NCBI GenBank assembly: GCA_050248355.1
Contig: JBFWSN010000004.1
Span: 196,569 to 260,568 of the forward strand
DNA length: 64,000 nucleotides
Origin: Dehalococcoidia bacterium
Lineage (GTDB): Bacteria > Chloroflexota > Dehalococcoidia > UBA2979
Direction: 5' to 3'
Shown here: positions 37,620 to 47,204 of the stretch, piece after piece
How positions within the stretch are numbered: position 1 is the stretch's first letter
Layout: each line of letters begins with the position of its first letter
Notes under the pieces: model-generated
Told to the model about the DNA's origin: nothing
What the model saw: the letters and a program-made list of their open reading frames with translations, nothing else
Databases searched by the model: none
Translations under genes and position numbers: made by a program

Positions 37620-38869
37620 GCCGGCGCCGTCACCTCGGGGTGGACGCCGAACATCTCGAAGGCCAGGCGACGGCGGAGGGTGTCGACGCCCCAGCCCTCG
37701 GTGGCGGAGACGACCACTGCGGCGCCGGGCGCCGGGCTCGCGATGTCAACGTGCGCCAGATCCGCCTCGGAGGCGACGGGCTGGCCGTCCGCACGCGTGA
37801 GGCCGTCGGCCTTGTTGAGCACGGTGAGCATCGGCCGGTCGGCCAGGCCGAGCGTGTTGAGCGTCTCCATGACCGTGGCCCACTGCGCCTCGATGGCGGG
37901 GGACGTGGCGTCGACGACGTGCAGGAGGAGGTCGGCGCTCTCCAACTCCTCGAGGGTGGCGCGGAAGGCCGAGATCAGCTGAGTGGGGAGCTTCTGGATG
38001 AAGCCGACGGTGTCGGTGACGAGGACCGTCTCGTTGCCGGGCAGCCCGACCCGGCGCGTGAGCGGGTCGAGCGTTGCGAAGAGCGTGTCGGCTGCGAGCA
38101 CGTCGGCGCCGGCGAGCGTGCGGAGCAGCGAGGACTTGCCGGCGTTCGTGTAGCCGACGAGGGCGATGACGGGGACGCCCTCGCGGGTGCGGCGGCGGCG
38201 GTGGAGGGCGCGCTGGCGGCGGACGGCGTCGATCTCACGCTTGAGGCGGGCGATGCGCTGGCCGATCAGGCGGCGGTCGGTCTCGAGCTGGGTCTCACCG
38301 GGACCGCGAAGGCCGACGGCGCCCTCCATGCGCTCGAGGTGTTGCCACTGGCCGCGCAGACGCGGCAGCAGGTACTCGTGCTGGGCGAGCTCGACCTGGA
38401 GGCGGGCCTCACGGGTGCGGGCGCGGCTCGCGAAGATGTCGAGGATGAGCGCGCTGCGGTCGAGGACTTTCACCTCGAGCGCGGACTCGAGGCGGAGCTG
38501 CTGGGCGGGCGACAGCTGCTCGTCGAAGACGACGAGGCTGTAGTCCGTGCGCTCGCGCGCGTCCTTGATCTCCTCGAGCTTGCCGGAACCGACGTAGGTG
38601 GCGGGGTCGGGGTGCTGGCGGCGCTGCACGCTCTGCCCGACGACCACGGTGCCCGCCGTCCTGGCGAGACGGGCCAGCTCGCGGAGCGACTCTTCCTCGG
38701 ACATGAGGCCGTTCTGGCCGTGGTCGAGGCCGACGAGGTAGGCGCGCTCTTTGACCGGGGCTGTCGAGACACCATCACCGCGGGCGCCGTTGCGCCTCGA
38801 GACACGGGCGCGGTCTCCGTTGTCCCCGGCAGGTATGTCGTTGGTACGAAACGGGCGACGTCGAGGAAT
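37616..38869 (-). CDS. hflX: GTPase HflX (start probably non-canonical, upstream of ATG 38704)
   Basis: GPGETQLETDRR, VGYTNAGKS, LFATLD, DTVGFI, NKAD. The conserved ERAYLVG lies upstream of the first ATG. Confidence 0.93.
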   Translation of the reverse strand: MPRRRPFRTNDIPAGDNGDRARVSRRNGARGDGVSTAPVKERAYLVGLDHGQNGLMSEEESLRELARLARTAGTVVVGQSVQRRQHPDPATYVGSGKLEEIKDARERTDYSLVVFDEQLSPAQQLRLESALEVKVLDRSALILDIFASRARTREARLQVELAQHEYLLPRLRGQWQHLERMEGAVGLRGPGETQLETDRRLIGQRIARLKREIDAVRRQRALHRRRRTREGVPVIALVGYTNAGKSSLLRTLAGADVLAADTLFATLDPLTRRVGLPGNETVLVTDTVGFIQKLPTQLISAFRATLEELESADLLLHVVDATSPAIEAQWATVMETLNTLGLADRPMLTVLNKADGLTRADGQPVASEADLAHVDIASPAPGAAVVVSATEGWGVDTLRRRLAFEMFGVHPEVTAPA

Positions 38870-38917
38870 CAGCGGCCTCCGGAACTCACGGGATGACCTC
38901 GATCGTAGCGCATCTCG

Positions 38918-40102
38918 TCAGGCGTCGAGCACCTGCTCGCCGCGGGCGAAGGCGGAGAGGCGGCGGAGGCCCTCTTCGACGCGGTCGTCCGGGAGGGTCA
39001 GCGAGAGGCGGATGTAGCCCTCCCCTGCCGCGCCGTAGCTGACGCCGGGGGTGACGACGACGCCGGTGGCATCGATGAGACGGCCGGCGTAGTCGGCGGA
39101 GGACCGCTCACCCTCGGGAAGGCGGGCCCAGACGTACAGCGACGCCTTCGGGGGCTCGACGCGGAGGCCCAGCTGGTGGAGCACCTCGACGACGCGGTCG
39201 CGGCGGCGGCGGTATATGTCGTTATGTGAAGTAATCGCCTCGGAGGGGCCGTCGAGGGCGGTGATGGCCATTTGCTGGACGGCCTGCGGGACGCCACTGT
39301 CGAGGTTGGACTTCACGCGGCGGAGGGCGTCGACGAGGGTGGCGTTGCCGACGGCCATCCCGATGCGCCAGCCGGTCATGTTGAACGACTTGGACAGCGA
39401 GTTGAACTCGATGGCGACATCGCGGGCGCCGTCGACCTCAAGGATCGACGGGGCGACGTAGCCGTCGAAGGTGACCTCGGAGTAGGCGAGGTCGTGGGCG
39501 ATGACCACGTCGTGGGCCTTCGCCCAGGCGACGGCCAGTTCGTAGAAGGCCAGGTCGGCGACGGCGCCCGTGGGGTTGTTGGGGTAGTTGAGCCAGATGA
39601 TCTTCGCGCGGTCGGCGACGTCGGCGGGGATGTCCTCGAGGCGGGGCAGCCAGCCGTCCTCCTCGCGCAGGGGGACTTTGATGGACTCGCCGCCGCAGAA
39701 CATCGTACCGATCTCGTAGACGGGGTAGCCGGGATCGGTAATGAGGACGACGTCGCCGGGGTCGACCAGGCAGAGCGGGAGGTGACCGATGCCCTCCTTC
39801 GAGCCGATGAGGGAGACGACCTCGCGCTCGGGGTCGAGCTGGACGCCGTGGCGGCGCTCGTACCAGCGGGCGACGGCCTGGCGGAATTGGGGGAGGCCCT
39901 CGGTCTCGGGGTAGCGGTGGTTCACCGGTTCGCCGGCAGCCTCCCTGAGACTGTCGAGGATGTAGCCGGGTGTCGGGAGGTCAGGGTCACCAATGCCGAA
40001 GGAGATGACGTCGACGCCGGCGGCGCGCTTCGCGGCGATGAGTTCGGAGATGCGAGCGAAGAGGTAGGGCGGCAGTTGCTCGACGCGACGAGCGAGTTTC
40101 AT
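38918..40102 (-). CDS. dapL: LL-diaminopimelate aminotransferase
   Basis: LPPYLF, IGDPD, IGSKEG, NYPNNPTG, DLAY, SLSKSFNMTGWRIG; in an operon with dapF. Confidence 0.85.
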   Translation of the reverse strand: MKLARRVEQLPPYLFARISELIAAKRAAGVDVISFGIGDPDLPTPGYILDSLREAAGEPVNHRYPETEGLPQFRQAVARWYERRHGVQLDPEREVVSLIGSKEGIGHLPLCLVDPGDVVLITDPGYPVYEIGTMFCGGESIKVPLREEDGWLPRLEDIPADVADRAKIIWLNYPNNPTGAVADLAFYELAVAWAKAHDVVIAHDLAYSEVTFDGYVAPSILEVDGARDVAIEFNSLSKSFNMTGWRIGMAVGNATLVDALRRVKSNLDSGVPQAVQQMAITALDGPSEAITSHNDIYRRRRDRVVEVLHQLGLRVEPPKASLYVWARLPEGERSSADYAGRLIDATGVVVTPGVSYGAAGEGYIRLSLTLPDDRVEEGLRRLSAFARGEQVLDA

Positions 40103-40210
40103 GTTGCCTCCGTCAGTGAGACCTCGATGGTGCGACGAAAGAGTGCCTGAGCGAGCGTCCGTGCGCCAGCGCGGGCGACGATTCTCAGCGGCTGTGCATT
40201 GCGTGCCGGG

Positions 40211-41095
40211 TCAGCGCCATTCGCCGAAGCGGACCTTCATCCCCTGGATGTGCCGCTGCTCGCGACGCTCCTTGTTCGCACGCTCGTCGAGCGAGCGGCG
40301 GAACTCGGTGCCGCTGTGACCGGGGCGGTAGCCGACGCGGCGAGCGGTGTCGATGGAGCCGGGGACGTCGGGGCGGGCGGTGGCGACGAGGCGGCGCGCG
40401 CCGGTCGCGGCGAGCTGGTACGCGGCGGCCTGCAGCATGGTCGAGCCGAGCTGCCCGCCGCGCGCCTCGGGGGCGACGCCGAGGGAGAGCGTGCGGCCGA
40501 GATTGCCGTCGACGGCGGCGTTGATGGCGTAGGCGACGACCTCGCCATCCTCCTCAATCACGCCGGTCCACGGGCCGGCCTCGAAGCGGGCGGCGGTCAC
40601 CTCGGGGCCGTCGGAGAAGGGGCCGTACGAGGCGGCCTCGATCTCGAGAATGCGGGGGAGGTCCCCGGCGGCAGCGCGGCGGATGCGGAGGCCGGCCGGG
40701 AGCTCAGGCGGGACGATGTCGGCGGGGTCGCGGTGCTCCATCTCGGTCCAGCCGCCCTGGAGGAGGAAGTCGGCCTCGTCGAGCATGTGGTCGATCCACT
40801 CGCGGACGGGGAAGGCGACGAGGTCGAAGCGGCAGTACCGGTAGGACTTGAAGCGCTTGAGCTTTGGCTTGAGGGCCGTCCACATCGGGTTGAAGGCGGC
40901 CTTCATCACCTCGTTGGAATCGAAGGCGAACATCAGGTGGAGCTGCCCGTCGCGGACGACGAGGGCCATCTCGCCGCCATCGACCTCGACGGCCTCGGTG
41001 TCGTCGTCGTCGAGGATGGCTTCCCAGTCGCGCGGCTTGAGCGGGGTGTTTCGCACGGCGGCGCGGGTCTCGATTATGCGGCGGTCCTGGGTCAC
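40211..41095 (-). CDS. GNAT family N-acetyltransferase
   Basis: C-terminal LGVAPEARGGQLGSTML acetyl-CoA motif; GTGA overlap with dapF. Confidence 0.8.
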   Translation of the reverse strand: MTQDRRIIETRAAVRNTPLKPRDWEAILDDDDTEAVEVDGGEMALVVRDGQLHLMFAFDSNEVMKAAFNPMWTALKPKLKRFKSYRYCRFDLVAFPVREWIDHMLDEADFLLQGGWTEMEHRDPADIVPPELPAGLRIRRAAAGDLPRILEIEAASYGPFSDGPEVTAARFEAGPWTGVIEEDGEVVAYAINAAVDGNLGRTLSLGVAPEARGGQLGSTMLQAAAYQLAATGARRLVATARPDVPGSIDTARRVGYRPGHSGTEFRRSLDERANKERREQRHIQGMKVRFGEWR

Positions 41096-41955
41096 TCGGC
41101 GTCCTCCCAGACGGATGCGAACACTTTGACGGCGGGCCCTTCGAGGTAGACATCGCCCTCGCCGTCCCACTCGAGGCGGAGCGGACCGCCGGGGACGCGT
41201 ACCTCGACGGAGTCGCCGACGAGGCCGTGGAGGCGGCCGGCGACGACGACGGCGGCGGCGCCGGTGCCGCAGGCGAGGGTGATGCCCGCGCCGCGTTCCC
41301 AGACGCGCATCTCGACGTGGTCGCGGTCGAGGACGCGTGCGACCTCGAAGTTGGTGCGGTGAGCGAAGAGCGGGTCATGCTCGACGGTCGGGCCGATGCG
41401 CTCGAGGTCGAAGTCGGCGGGCGCGGTGTCGAGGAAGGCAACGGCGTGGGGGTTGCCCATCGAGACGAGGTTCAGCTTGAGGGGCTCGCCGGCGGCGGTC
41501 AGGGGTAGGTCGAGCACGGGCGCCTGCGCCTCGACGAGGGCGCCGATGTCCTGCGGGCGGAAGCGGGGCGGGCCGAGGCTCACGCGAACCGACTCGACGC
41601 GGCCGGTATCGTTGCGCGTGGCGCGCGCCTCGAGGATGCCCGCGCCCGTCTCCACGGTGAGGACACCGTCGGGCGCGTCGACGATGCTGCGGTCGAGGAC
41701 GTACTTCACGAAGCAGCGGATGCCGTTGCCGCACATCTCAGCCTCGGAGCCATCCGGGTTGAAGATGCGCATGCGGCGTGCGGCGACATCGGACGGCAGG
41801 ACGAAGATGAGGCCGTCCGCGCCGACGCCGAAGTGCCGGTCGCAGACGCGCCGGGCAAGGGCAGGCCACGCGGGGTCGTCGGCCACGTCCGCCTCCGCCA
41901 GGACGAAGTCGTTGCCGGTGCCGTGGAGCTTCCAGAAGGGGAACGCCGTCGCCAT
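41092..41955 (-). CDS. dapF: Diaminopimelate epimerase
   Basis: HGTGNDF, EMCGNGIRC, GNPH, ERGAGITLACGTG. Confidence 0.97.
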   Translation of the reverse strand: MATAFPFWKLHGTGNDFVLAEADVADDPAWPALARRVCDRHFGVGADGLIFVLPSDVAARRMRIFNPDGSEAEMCGNGIRCFVKYVLDRSIVDAPDGVLTVETGAGILEARATRNDTGRVESVRVSLGPPRFRPQDIGALVEAQAPVLDLPLTAAGEPLKLNLVSMGNPHAVAFLDTAPADFDLERIGPTVEHDPLFAHRTNFEVARVLDRDHVEMRVWERGAGITLACGTGAAAVVVAGRLHGLVGDSVEVRVPGGPLRLEWDGEGDVYLEGPAVKVFASVWEDAE

Positions 41956-41959
41956 CGGA

Positions 41960-42892
41960 TCATCCTACGCGCGAGGCGGACGCCTCCTCAACCGCGCGCA
42001 CGAGATCCGCGACGTGTTCGCCGTCGACCCAGCGGATACGAGGATCGTCTACGCGGAACCACGTCGCCTGCATGCGAATCAGCCGGTGCGTCTCGATTCG
42101 CGTGCGCTCGATCGCTGTCACGAGATCCCATTCGCCGCGGAGGACGCGGGCAGCCTCGGCGTAGCCGATGGACTGGAAGGCTGGGAGGTCCGGCGGGTAG
42201 CGGTCGAGGAGGGCGCGCGTCTCCTCGAGGAGTCCGGCGGCGTACATCGCTTCCACGCGCGCGTCCGCGCGGGCGTGCAGCCGCTCGCGGTCCCAGCGGA
42301 GGCCGACGACCGCGGACGTGAAGTCGGGTGGCTGTGCGGCGGCCACGTGGCCGGCACCGACGGCCGAAGCGCGGGCGACCTCGATGGCGCGGATGAGACG
42401 GCGCGGATTGCGCTGGTCGACACGGGCGAGGGCGGCGGGATTGAGATCTCGCAGTTCCTCGATGAGGGGGGCGGGCCCGCTGCGGGCCGCCTCCTCCTCG
42501 AGGCGGGCGCGGAGGACGGGGTCCGGGGACACGGCGGGCGGCTGCCAGCCCTCGAGAAGCGCCCAGACGTACTGTCCGGTGCCGCCGACGATGAGCGGGA
42601 GCCTGCCGCGGTTCCAGACTTCCTTGAGGGCTGCGCGGGCGCGGGCGAGGAACTCGGCGAGCGACCAGGGGGCGTCGGGCGTGACGATGCCTACCAGGTG
42701 GTGGGGAACGGCGGCGAGTTCGTCGTCGACAGGGGCGGCGGTGCCGATGCGCATTTCCGCGCGCACCTGGCGGGAGTCCGCCGAAACGACCTCGACGGGG
42801 AGGCGACGGGCGACCTCGAGAGCGGCGGCCGTCTTGCCGGAGGCCGTGGCGCCGACGAGGGCAACGACGTGGCCTCGGAAAGGGGCGGTCAC
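41960..42892 (-). CDS. miaA: tRNA dimethylallyltransferase
   Basis: GATASGKT, SADSRQV, GGTGQY, RRLIRAIE, QSIGY, QATWFR. Confidence 0.95.
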   Translation of the reverse strand: MTAPFRGHVVALVGATASGKTAAALEVARRLPVEVVSADSRQVRAEMRIGTAAPVDDELAAVPHHLVGIVTPDAPWSLAEFLARARAALKEVWNRGRLPLIVGGTGQYVWALLEGWQPPAVSPDPVLRARLEEEAARSGPAPLIEELRDLNPAALARVDQRNPRRLIRAIEVARASAVGAGHVAAAQPPDFTSAVVGLRWDRERLHARADARVEAMYAAGLLEETRALLDRYPPDLPAFQSIGYAEAARVLRGEWDLVTAIERTRIETHRLIRMQATWFRVDDPRIRWVDGEHVADLVRAVEEASASRVG

Positions 42893-43659
42893 GAGCCCTT
42901 CGCGTCGGCGACGGCGCGGCAGATGGCCGCGAACGCCTCGGCGTTCAGGGACGCGCCACCGACGAGGAGGCCGTCGATGTCGGGCCCAGCGGCGAGGGCG
43001 GCCGCGTTTTCGGCGTTCACCGAGCCGCCGTACTGGATGCGGCAGGCCTCGGCCGTCGCGTCTCCGAAGCGCTGGCCGAGGATGCGGCGGACGTCGGCGC
43101 ACGCCTGCTGGGCGGTCTCGGGTGTGGCGGTCAGGCCCGTGCCGATCGCCCAGACCGGCTCGTAGGCCACGACGAAGTCCGCGGGGAGACGGTTGACATC
43201 CGCGAAGGCGGCGAGCAGCTGGCGTTCGAGGACATGCGGCGTCCGTCCGGCCTCCCGCTCCTCGCGCAGTTCGCCGACGGCGAGGATTGGGCGCATGCCG
43301 AGGCCGAGGACGGCGTCGAGCTTCTTCGCGGTCTCCTCGTCCGTCTCGCCGAAGACGTGGCGGCGCTCGGAGTGGCCGATGATCACGTAGTCGACGAGGC
43401 CGGCGAGCATCGCGGCGCTCACCTCGCCGGTGTAGGCGCCGTGCGGTTCCCAGTAGACGTTCTGCACGCCGACCTCGAGGGTGCTGCCGCGGAGGTGGTC
43501 GGCCGTGTCGGGCAGCCAGGGCAGCGGCGGACAGAGGACGACGTCGATGCCGGCGAGGCCATCGAGCGCGCCGCGGAGCGCTGTTACGAGATCGGCCGCG
43601 GCGGAGCGGTCGAGATGCATCTTCCAGTTGCCGGCGACGATCGGGCGGCGGGCGGGCAT
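42889..43659 (-). CDS. tpiA: Triosephosphate isomerase
   Basis: AGNWKMH, GAYTGEVS, IGHSERR, AYEPVWAIGTG, YGGSV, LVGGASL. Confidence 0.98.
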   Translation of the reverse strand: MPARRPIVAGNWKMHLDRSAAADLVTALRGALDGLAGIDVVLCPPLPWLPDTADHLRGSTLEVGVQNVYWEPHGAYTGEVSAAMLAGLVDYVIIGHSERRHVFGETDEETAKKLDAVLGLGMRPILAVGELREEREAGRTPHVLERQLLAAFADVNRLPADFVVAYEPVWAIGTGLTATPETAQQACADVRRILGQRFGDATAEACRIQYGGSVNAENAAALAAGPDIDGLLVGGASLNAEAFAAICRAVADAKGS

Positions 43660-44861
43660 CAGGCGCCGTACTTGGTCATGCGGCCCGCGTGGGCGAAGGC
43701 GAGCGGCAGGACCTCTTTCGCGGGGAAGGTACCGAATCCCCCGCGCGCGCACTCGACCTCGTTGAAGCGGTTCGCGGCGTCGATGCGGACGTTGTCGCCC
43801 CGGAGGAGGAAGGGGACGGGATGCCACGAATGCGCGGCCATCACCGAGGGCGTCGAGTGGTCGCCGGTGACGACCAGGACGTTTGGCTTCAGCGCCTGGA
43901 GCGCCGGCACGCAGGCATCGAAGTCGCGGATGGCCTGCTGCTTGCGCGCGAAGTCACCGTCTTCGCCGGCGGAATCCGTGTACTTGTAGTGGAGGAAGAA
44001 GAAGTCGTACTGGTCCCAGTGGCGGCGGAGCGCCTCGACCTGAGAGTCCATGTTGGCGCCGGCGTCGAGGACGTCCATACCGACGAGGCGGGCGAGTCCC
44101 CGGTACATCGGGTAGACGGCGACGGCGGCGGCGCGGAGCTTCCAGAGCTCGGGCATCTGCGGGAGGTCGGGGCGCCGGGCCCAGCCGCGGAGGGTCATGC
44201 CGTTGGCCTGGTCGCGCTTCGCGAGGAGGCGACCGGCGTCGGCGACGAACTGGTTGACCAGCTCGGCGGTGCGGGAGGCCTCGATGGTCTTCGCCTCGGC
44301 GCGGCGGGGTCGGACGCCCTCGCGCTGAGGGTCGGTCTCGGTGATGGCGTCGCTCAGGCCCTCGCCGCGGAGGACCAGCACGAAGCGGTGTTCGCGGACC
44401 GGCCGGACGAAGACGCGCACGCCGGGGAGCGAGATCGACGACTCGAGCTCGGCGCAGATCTCGGCGGTGACCTCGGTGGCGACGCGGCCGGCGCGCCGGT
44501 CGACGATCACGCCCTCGGCGTCGACGGTGCAGAAGTTGCCGCGGGCGGCGAGGTCGTCGCCCTGGAGGGCGAAGTCGATACCGGTGGCCTCGAGGACGCC
44601 GCGGCCGACCTCGTGGGTGAGCGGGTCGTAGCCGAAGAGCGCGAGATGTCCGGGACCGGAGCCGGGGGTGATGCCGTAGCCGACGGGGATCGTCTGGCCG
44701 ACGGCGCCCTCCTCGGCGAGGCGGTCGAGGTGACGGGGATGCGCCTCCTCGAGCTCGCTGCGGCCTCGCGGGCCGGGGAGGCCGCCGAGACCGTCGAGCA
44801 CGCACAGAAGCACTTTGGACTCTCCCGGGATGGAGAGCCGGCGGATGAGGTCAATGTCCAT
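43659..44861 (-). CDS. apgM: 2,3-BPG-independent phosphoglycerate mutase (archaeal type)
   Basis: LDGLG, PGSGPGHLALFGYDP, DRRAGR, TDSAGEDG, GDHSTP, HSWHPVP. Confidence 0.93.
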   Translation of the reverse strand: MDIDLIRRLSIPGESKVLLCVLDGLGGLPGPRGRSELEEAHPRHLDRLAEEGAVGQTIPVGYGITPGSGPGHLALFGYDPLTHEVGRGVLEATGIDFALQGDDLAARGNFCTVDAEGVIVDRRAGRVATEVTAEICAELESSISLPGVRVFVRPVREHRFVLVLRGEGLSDAITETDPQREGVRPRRAEAKTIEASRTAELVNQFVADAGRLLAKRDQANGMTLRGWARRPDLPQMPELWKLRAAAVAVYPMYRGLARLVGMDVLDAGANMDSQVEALRRHWDQYDFFFLHYKYTDSAGEDGDFARKQQAIRDFDACVPALQALKPNVLVVTGDHSTPSVMAAHSWHPVPFLLRGDNVRIDAANRFNEVECARGGFGTFPAKEVLPLAFAHAGRMTKYGA

Positions 44862-44893
44862 GACGCTATGCTACCGGGCCGCCTCGCCGGGCG

Positions 44894-46096
44894 TCACGCA
44901 TCGAGCAGCGCGTCCACGGCGGGGAGGGGCTTGCCCTGCAGCATCGCGAGTGACGCGCCGCCACCGGTTGAGACGTGCGAGATGCGTTCGGCGACGTGCG
45001 CGCGGCGGAGGGCGGCGACGGTCTCGCCGCCCCCGACCACGGTGGTGGCGGAGCGGAGCTCGCCCAGGACGCGCGCGACGGCCATCGATCCGCGGTCGAA
45101 GGGCTCGCGTTCGAAGAGGCCCATGGGGCCGTTCCAGACGACGGTCTTGCAGCGCTGGAGAGCGCTGGCGAAGGACTGCACCGTGCCGGGGCCGACATCG
45201 AGGATGCGCCAATTCACCGGCACCTGGGCGACGGAGACGGTGCGCACGAGCGCCCCCTCGGCGCCGCCGAAGGCGACAACCACGTCCGATGGGAGGACGA
45301 TCTCGATGTCTCCTCGATGCTCGGCGAGCGCCATGATGTAGCGGGCTCCGGCCAGGCCGTCGTTCTCGACGAGCGAGTCGGCAACATCGATGCCGCGTGC
45401 CTTGAGGAACGTGTTGGCGATCGCACCGCCGATGCAGATGACGTCGGCGCAGCGCGTGAGGTTTTCGAGGATGGCGATCTTGTCGGAGACCTTGGAGCCG
45501 CCGAGAACGATGCCGAAGGGGCGTTCGGGGCTGTCCGTGACCTTCGTGAGGTAGTCGACTTCGCGCTCGAGCAACAGGCCGGCGACGGAGGGCAGGTACT
45601 TCGTGACGCCCACGGTGGAGGCGTGGGCGCGGTGGGCGGTGCCAAAGGCGTCATTCACGAAGACGTCGCCGACGCGGGCGAGGGCCCGCGCGAACTCATC
45701 GTTGTTGGCTTCCTCCTCGGGATGGAAGCGGACGTTCTCGAGCATCAGGACATCGCCGGGCCGCAGGGCGGCGGCCTGGGCCTCGGCCTCGGGGCCGATG
45801 CAATCCTGGGTGGTGCGGACGGGGACCCCAAGCATCTCGGTGAGGTGGAGGGCCACGGGGGCATTGCGGAGCGACTCGTCGATACCGCCGCGAGGGCGCC
45901 CTCGGTGGGAGCAGACGATGACGCAGGCGCCGGCCTTGCGTAGCTCATGGATGGTGGGAAGCGACTCGCGGAGCCGCGTATCGTCGACGATACGACCGTT
46001 TTCCACCTGGACGTTGTAGTCGACCCGGAGGAGGACGCGCTTACCCTGCAGGTCGATATCGCGGATGGTCTTCTTCTTCACCACGCTCTCCAGCAT
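44894..46096 (-). CDS. pgk: Phosphoglycerate kinase
   Basis: RVDYNV, SHRGRP, LENVRF, NDAFGTAHRAHAS, WNGPMG, STGGGASL. Confidence 0.97.
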   Translation of the reverse strand: MLESVVKKKTIRDIDLQGKRVLLRVDYNVQVENGRIVDDTRLRESLPTIHELRKAGACVIVCSHRGRPRGGIDESLRNAPVALHLTEMLGVPVRTTQDCIGPEAEAQAAALRPGDVLMLENVRFHPEEEANNDEFARALARVGDVFVNDAFGTAHRAHASTVGVTKYLPSVAGLLLEREVDYLTKVTDSPERPFGIVLGGSKVSDKIAILENLTRCADVICIGGAIANTFLKARGIDVADSLVENDGLAGARYIMALAEHRGDIEIVLPSDVVVAFGGAEGALVRTVSVAQVPVNWRILDVGPGTVQSFASALQRCKTVVWNGPMGLFEREPFDRGSMAVARVLGELRSATTVVGGGETVAALRRAHVAERISHVSTGGGASLAMLQGKPLPAVDALLDA

Positions 46097-46187
46097 CCAG
46101 CGGCCGAGGCCGCGACCGTCTCAATCGACGCTAGCACATCGACGGCTACTGGCCAGATTGTCGCGGTGCTGTCCATCGCTCTGACGT

Positions 46188-47204
46188 TCAGCGGACGCGG
46201 GTCGAGGCGAGGCGGGCGAATTCCTCGAAGAGGGCTTCTGCGGCATGGGGCAGCGCCGCCGTGCGGAGCGCGGCGAGGGCGGACTCGACGGCGCTCTGCA
46301 TGAAGTGCTCGGTGTGGGTGCGGCCCTCGCCCTCGACGACCAGCTCGCGCAGGGCTTCGACGGTGGCAGCGGGGTCCGCGTAGGCCTCGACCAGGGCCGC
46401 GCCGACGGCGGGCGAGGCCATGGCGGCGATCACGGGGTAGGTCATCTTGCGGGAGGCAAGGTCGTCGCCGACGGGCTTCCCGGTGACCTCGGGCTCACCC
46501 CAGATGCCGAGGATGTCGTCCATGGCCTGGAAGGCGAGGCCGACGTGGTAGCCGAACTCGCGGAAGGCGGTGACGAGGTCGCCGGAAGCTCCGCCGAGGA
46601 GCGCGCCGATGGCGAAGGGCGCGGAGAACATCGCGGCGGTCTTGCCGGCGGTCATCGCCAGGTACTCGGCACGCGTCACATCGTTGCGGTCCTCGAAGGA
46701 GATGTCGAGGTACTGCCCCTCGACGAGGCGGAGGCAGGCCTCGTCGAGCTCTCGCATCGATTCGATGACACGGCGTTCCTCGAGGCCGGCCTCGAGGAGA
46801 CGGTGCATCGCCAGGCGGGCGAGGGTGTACATGCCGTCGCCGGTGTTGATGGCCTGGGGCACGCCGGCGAACGTCCACAGGGCGGGCCGGTCATGGCGGC
46901 GCACGCTGCGATCCTCGACGTCGTCATGGAGCAACGAGAAGTTGTGCACGAGTTCTATCGCGGCAGCGGCGGGCAGGGCCTCCTCGATGGCGCCGTCGAC
47001 GACATCGGTCGCCAGCAGGAGCGCCGAGGGGCGCAGGAGCTTGCCCGACGCGCCGCCCAGTGGCTTGCCGGCGGCGTCCTCCCAGCCGAGGTGATAGCGC
47101 ATCCATGCGGACAGTTGCATGGCGTCGTCGCCGACGACCGCGCGCATCTCGTCGACGATCAGCGGGCGGTAGCGGTCGAAGCGGCCGGCAAGGGACTGGG
47201 TCAT
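46188..47204 (-). CDS. Polyprenyl (GGPP-type) synthetase
   Basis: GKLLRP, FSLLHDDVED, GQYLD, KTA, FQAMDDILG, GKPVGDD. Confidence 0.93.
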   Translation of the reverse strand: MTQSLAGRFDRYRPLIVDEMRAVVGDDAMQLSAWMRYHLGWEDAAGKPLGGASGKLLRPSALLLATDVVDGAIEEALPAAAAIELVHNFSLLHDDVEDRSVRRHDRPALWTFAGVPQAINTGDGMYTLARLAMHRLLEAGLEERRVIESMRELDEACLRLVEGQYLDISFEDRNDVTRAEYLAMTAGKTAAMFSAPFAIGALLGGASGDLVTAFREFGYHVGLAFQAMDDILGIWGEPEVTGKPVGDDLASRKMTYPVIAAMASPAVGAALVEAYADPAATVEALRELVVEGEGRTHTEHFMQSAVESALAALRTAALPHAAEALFEEFARLASTRVR

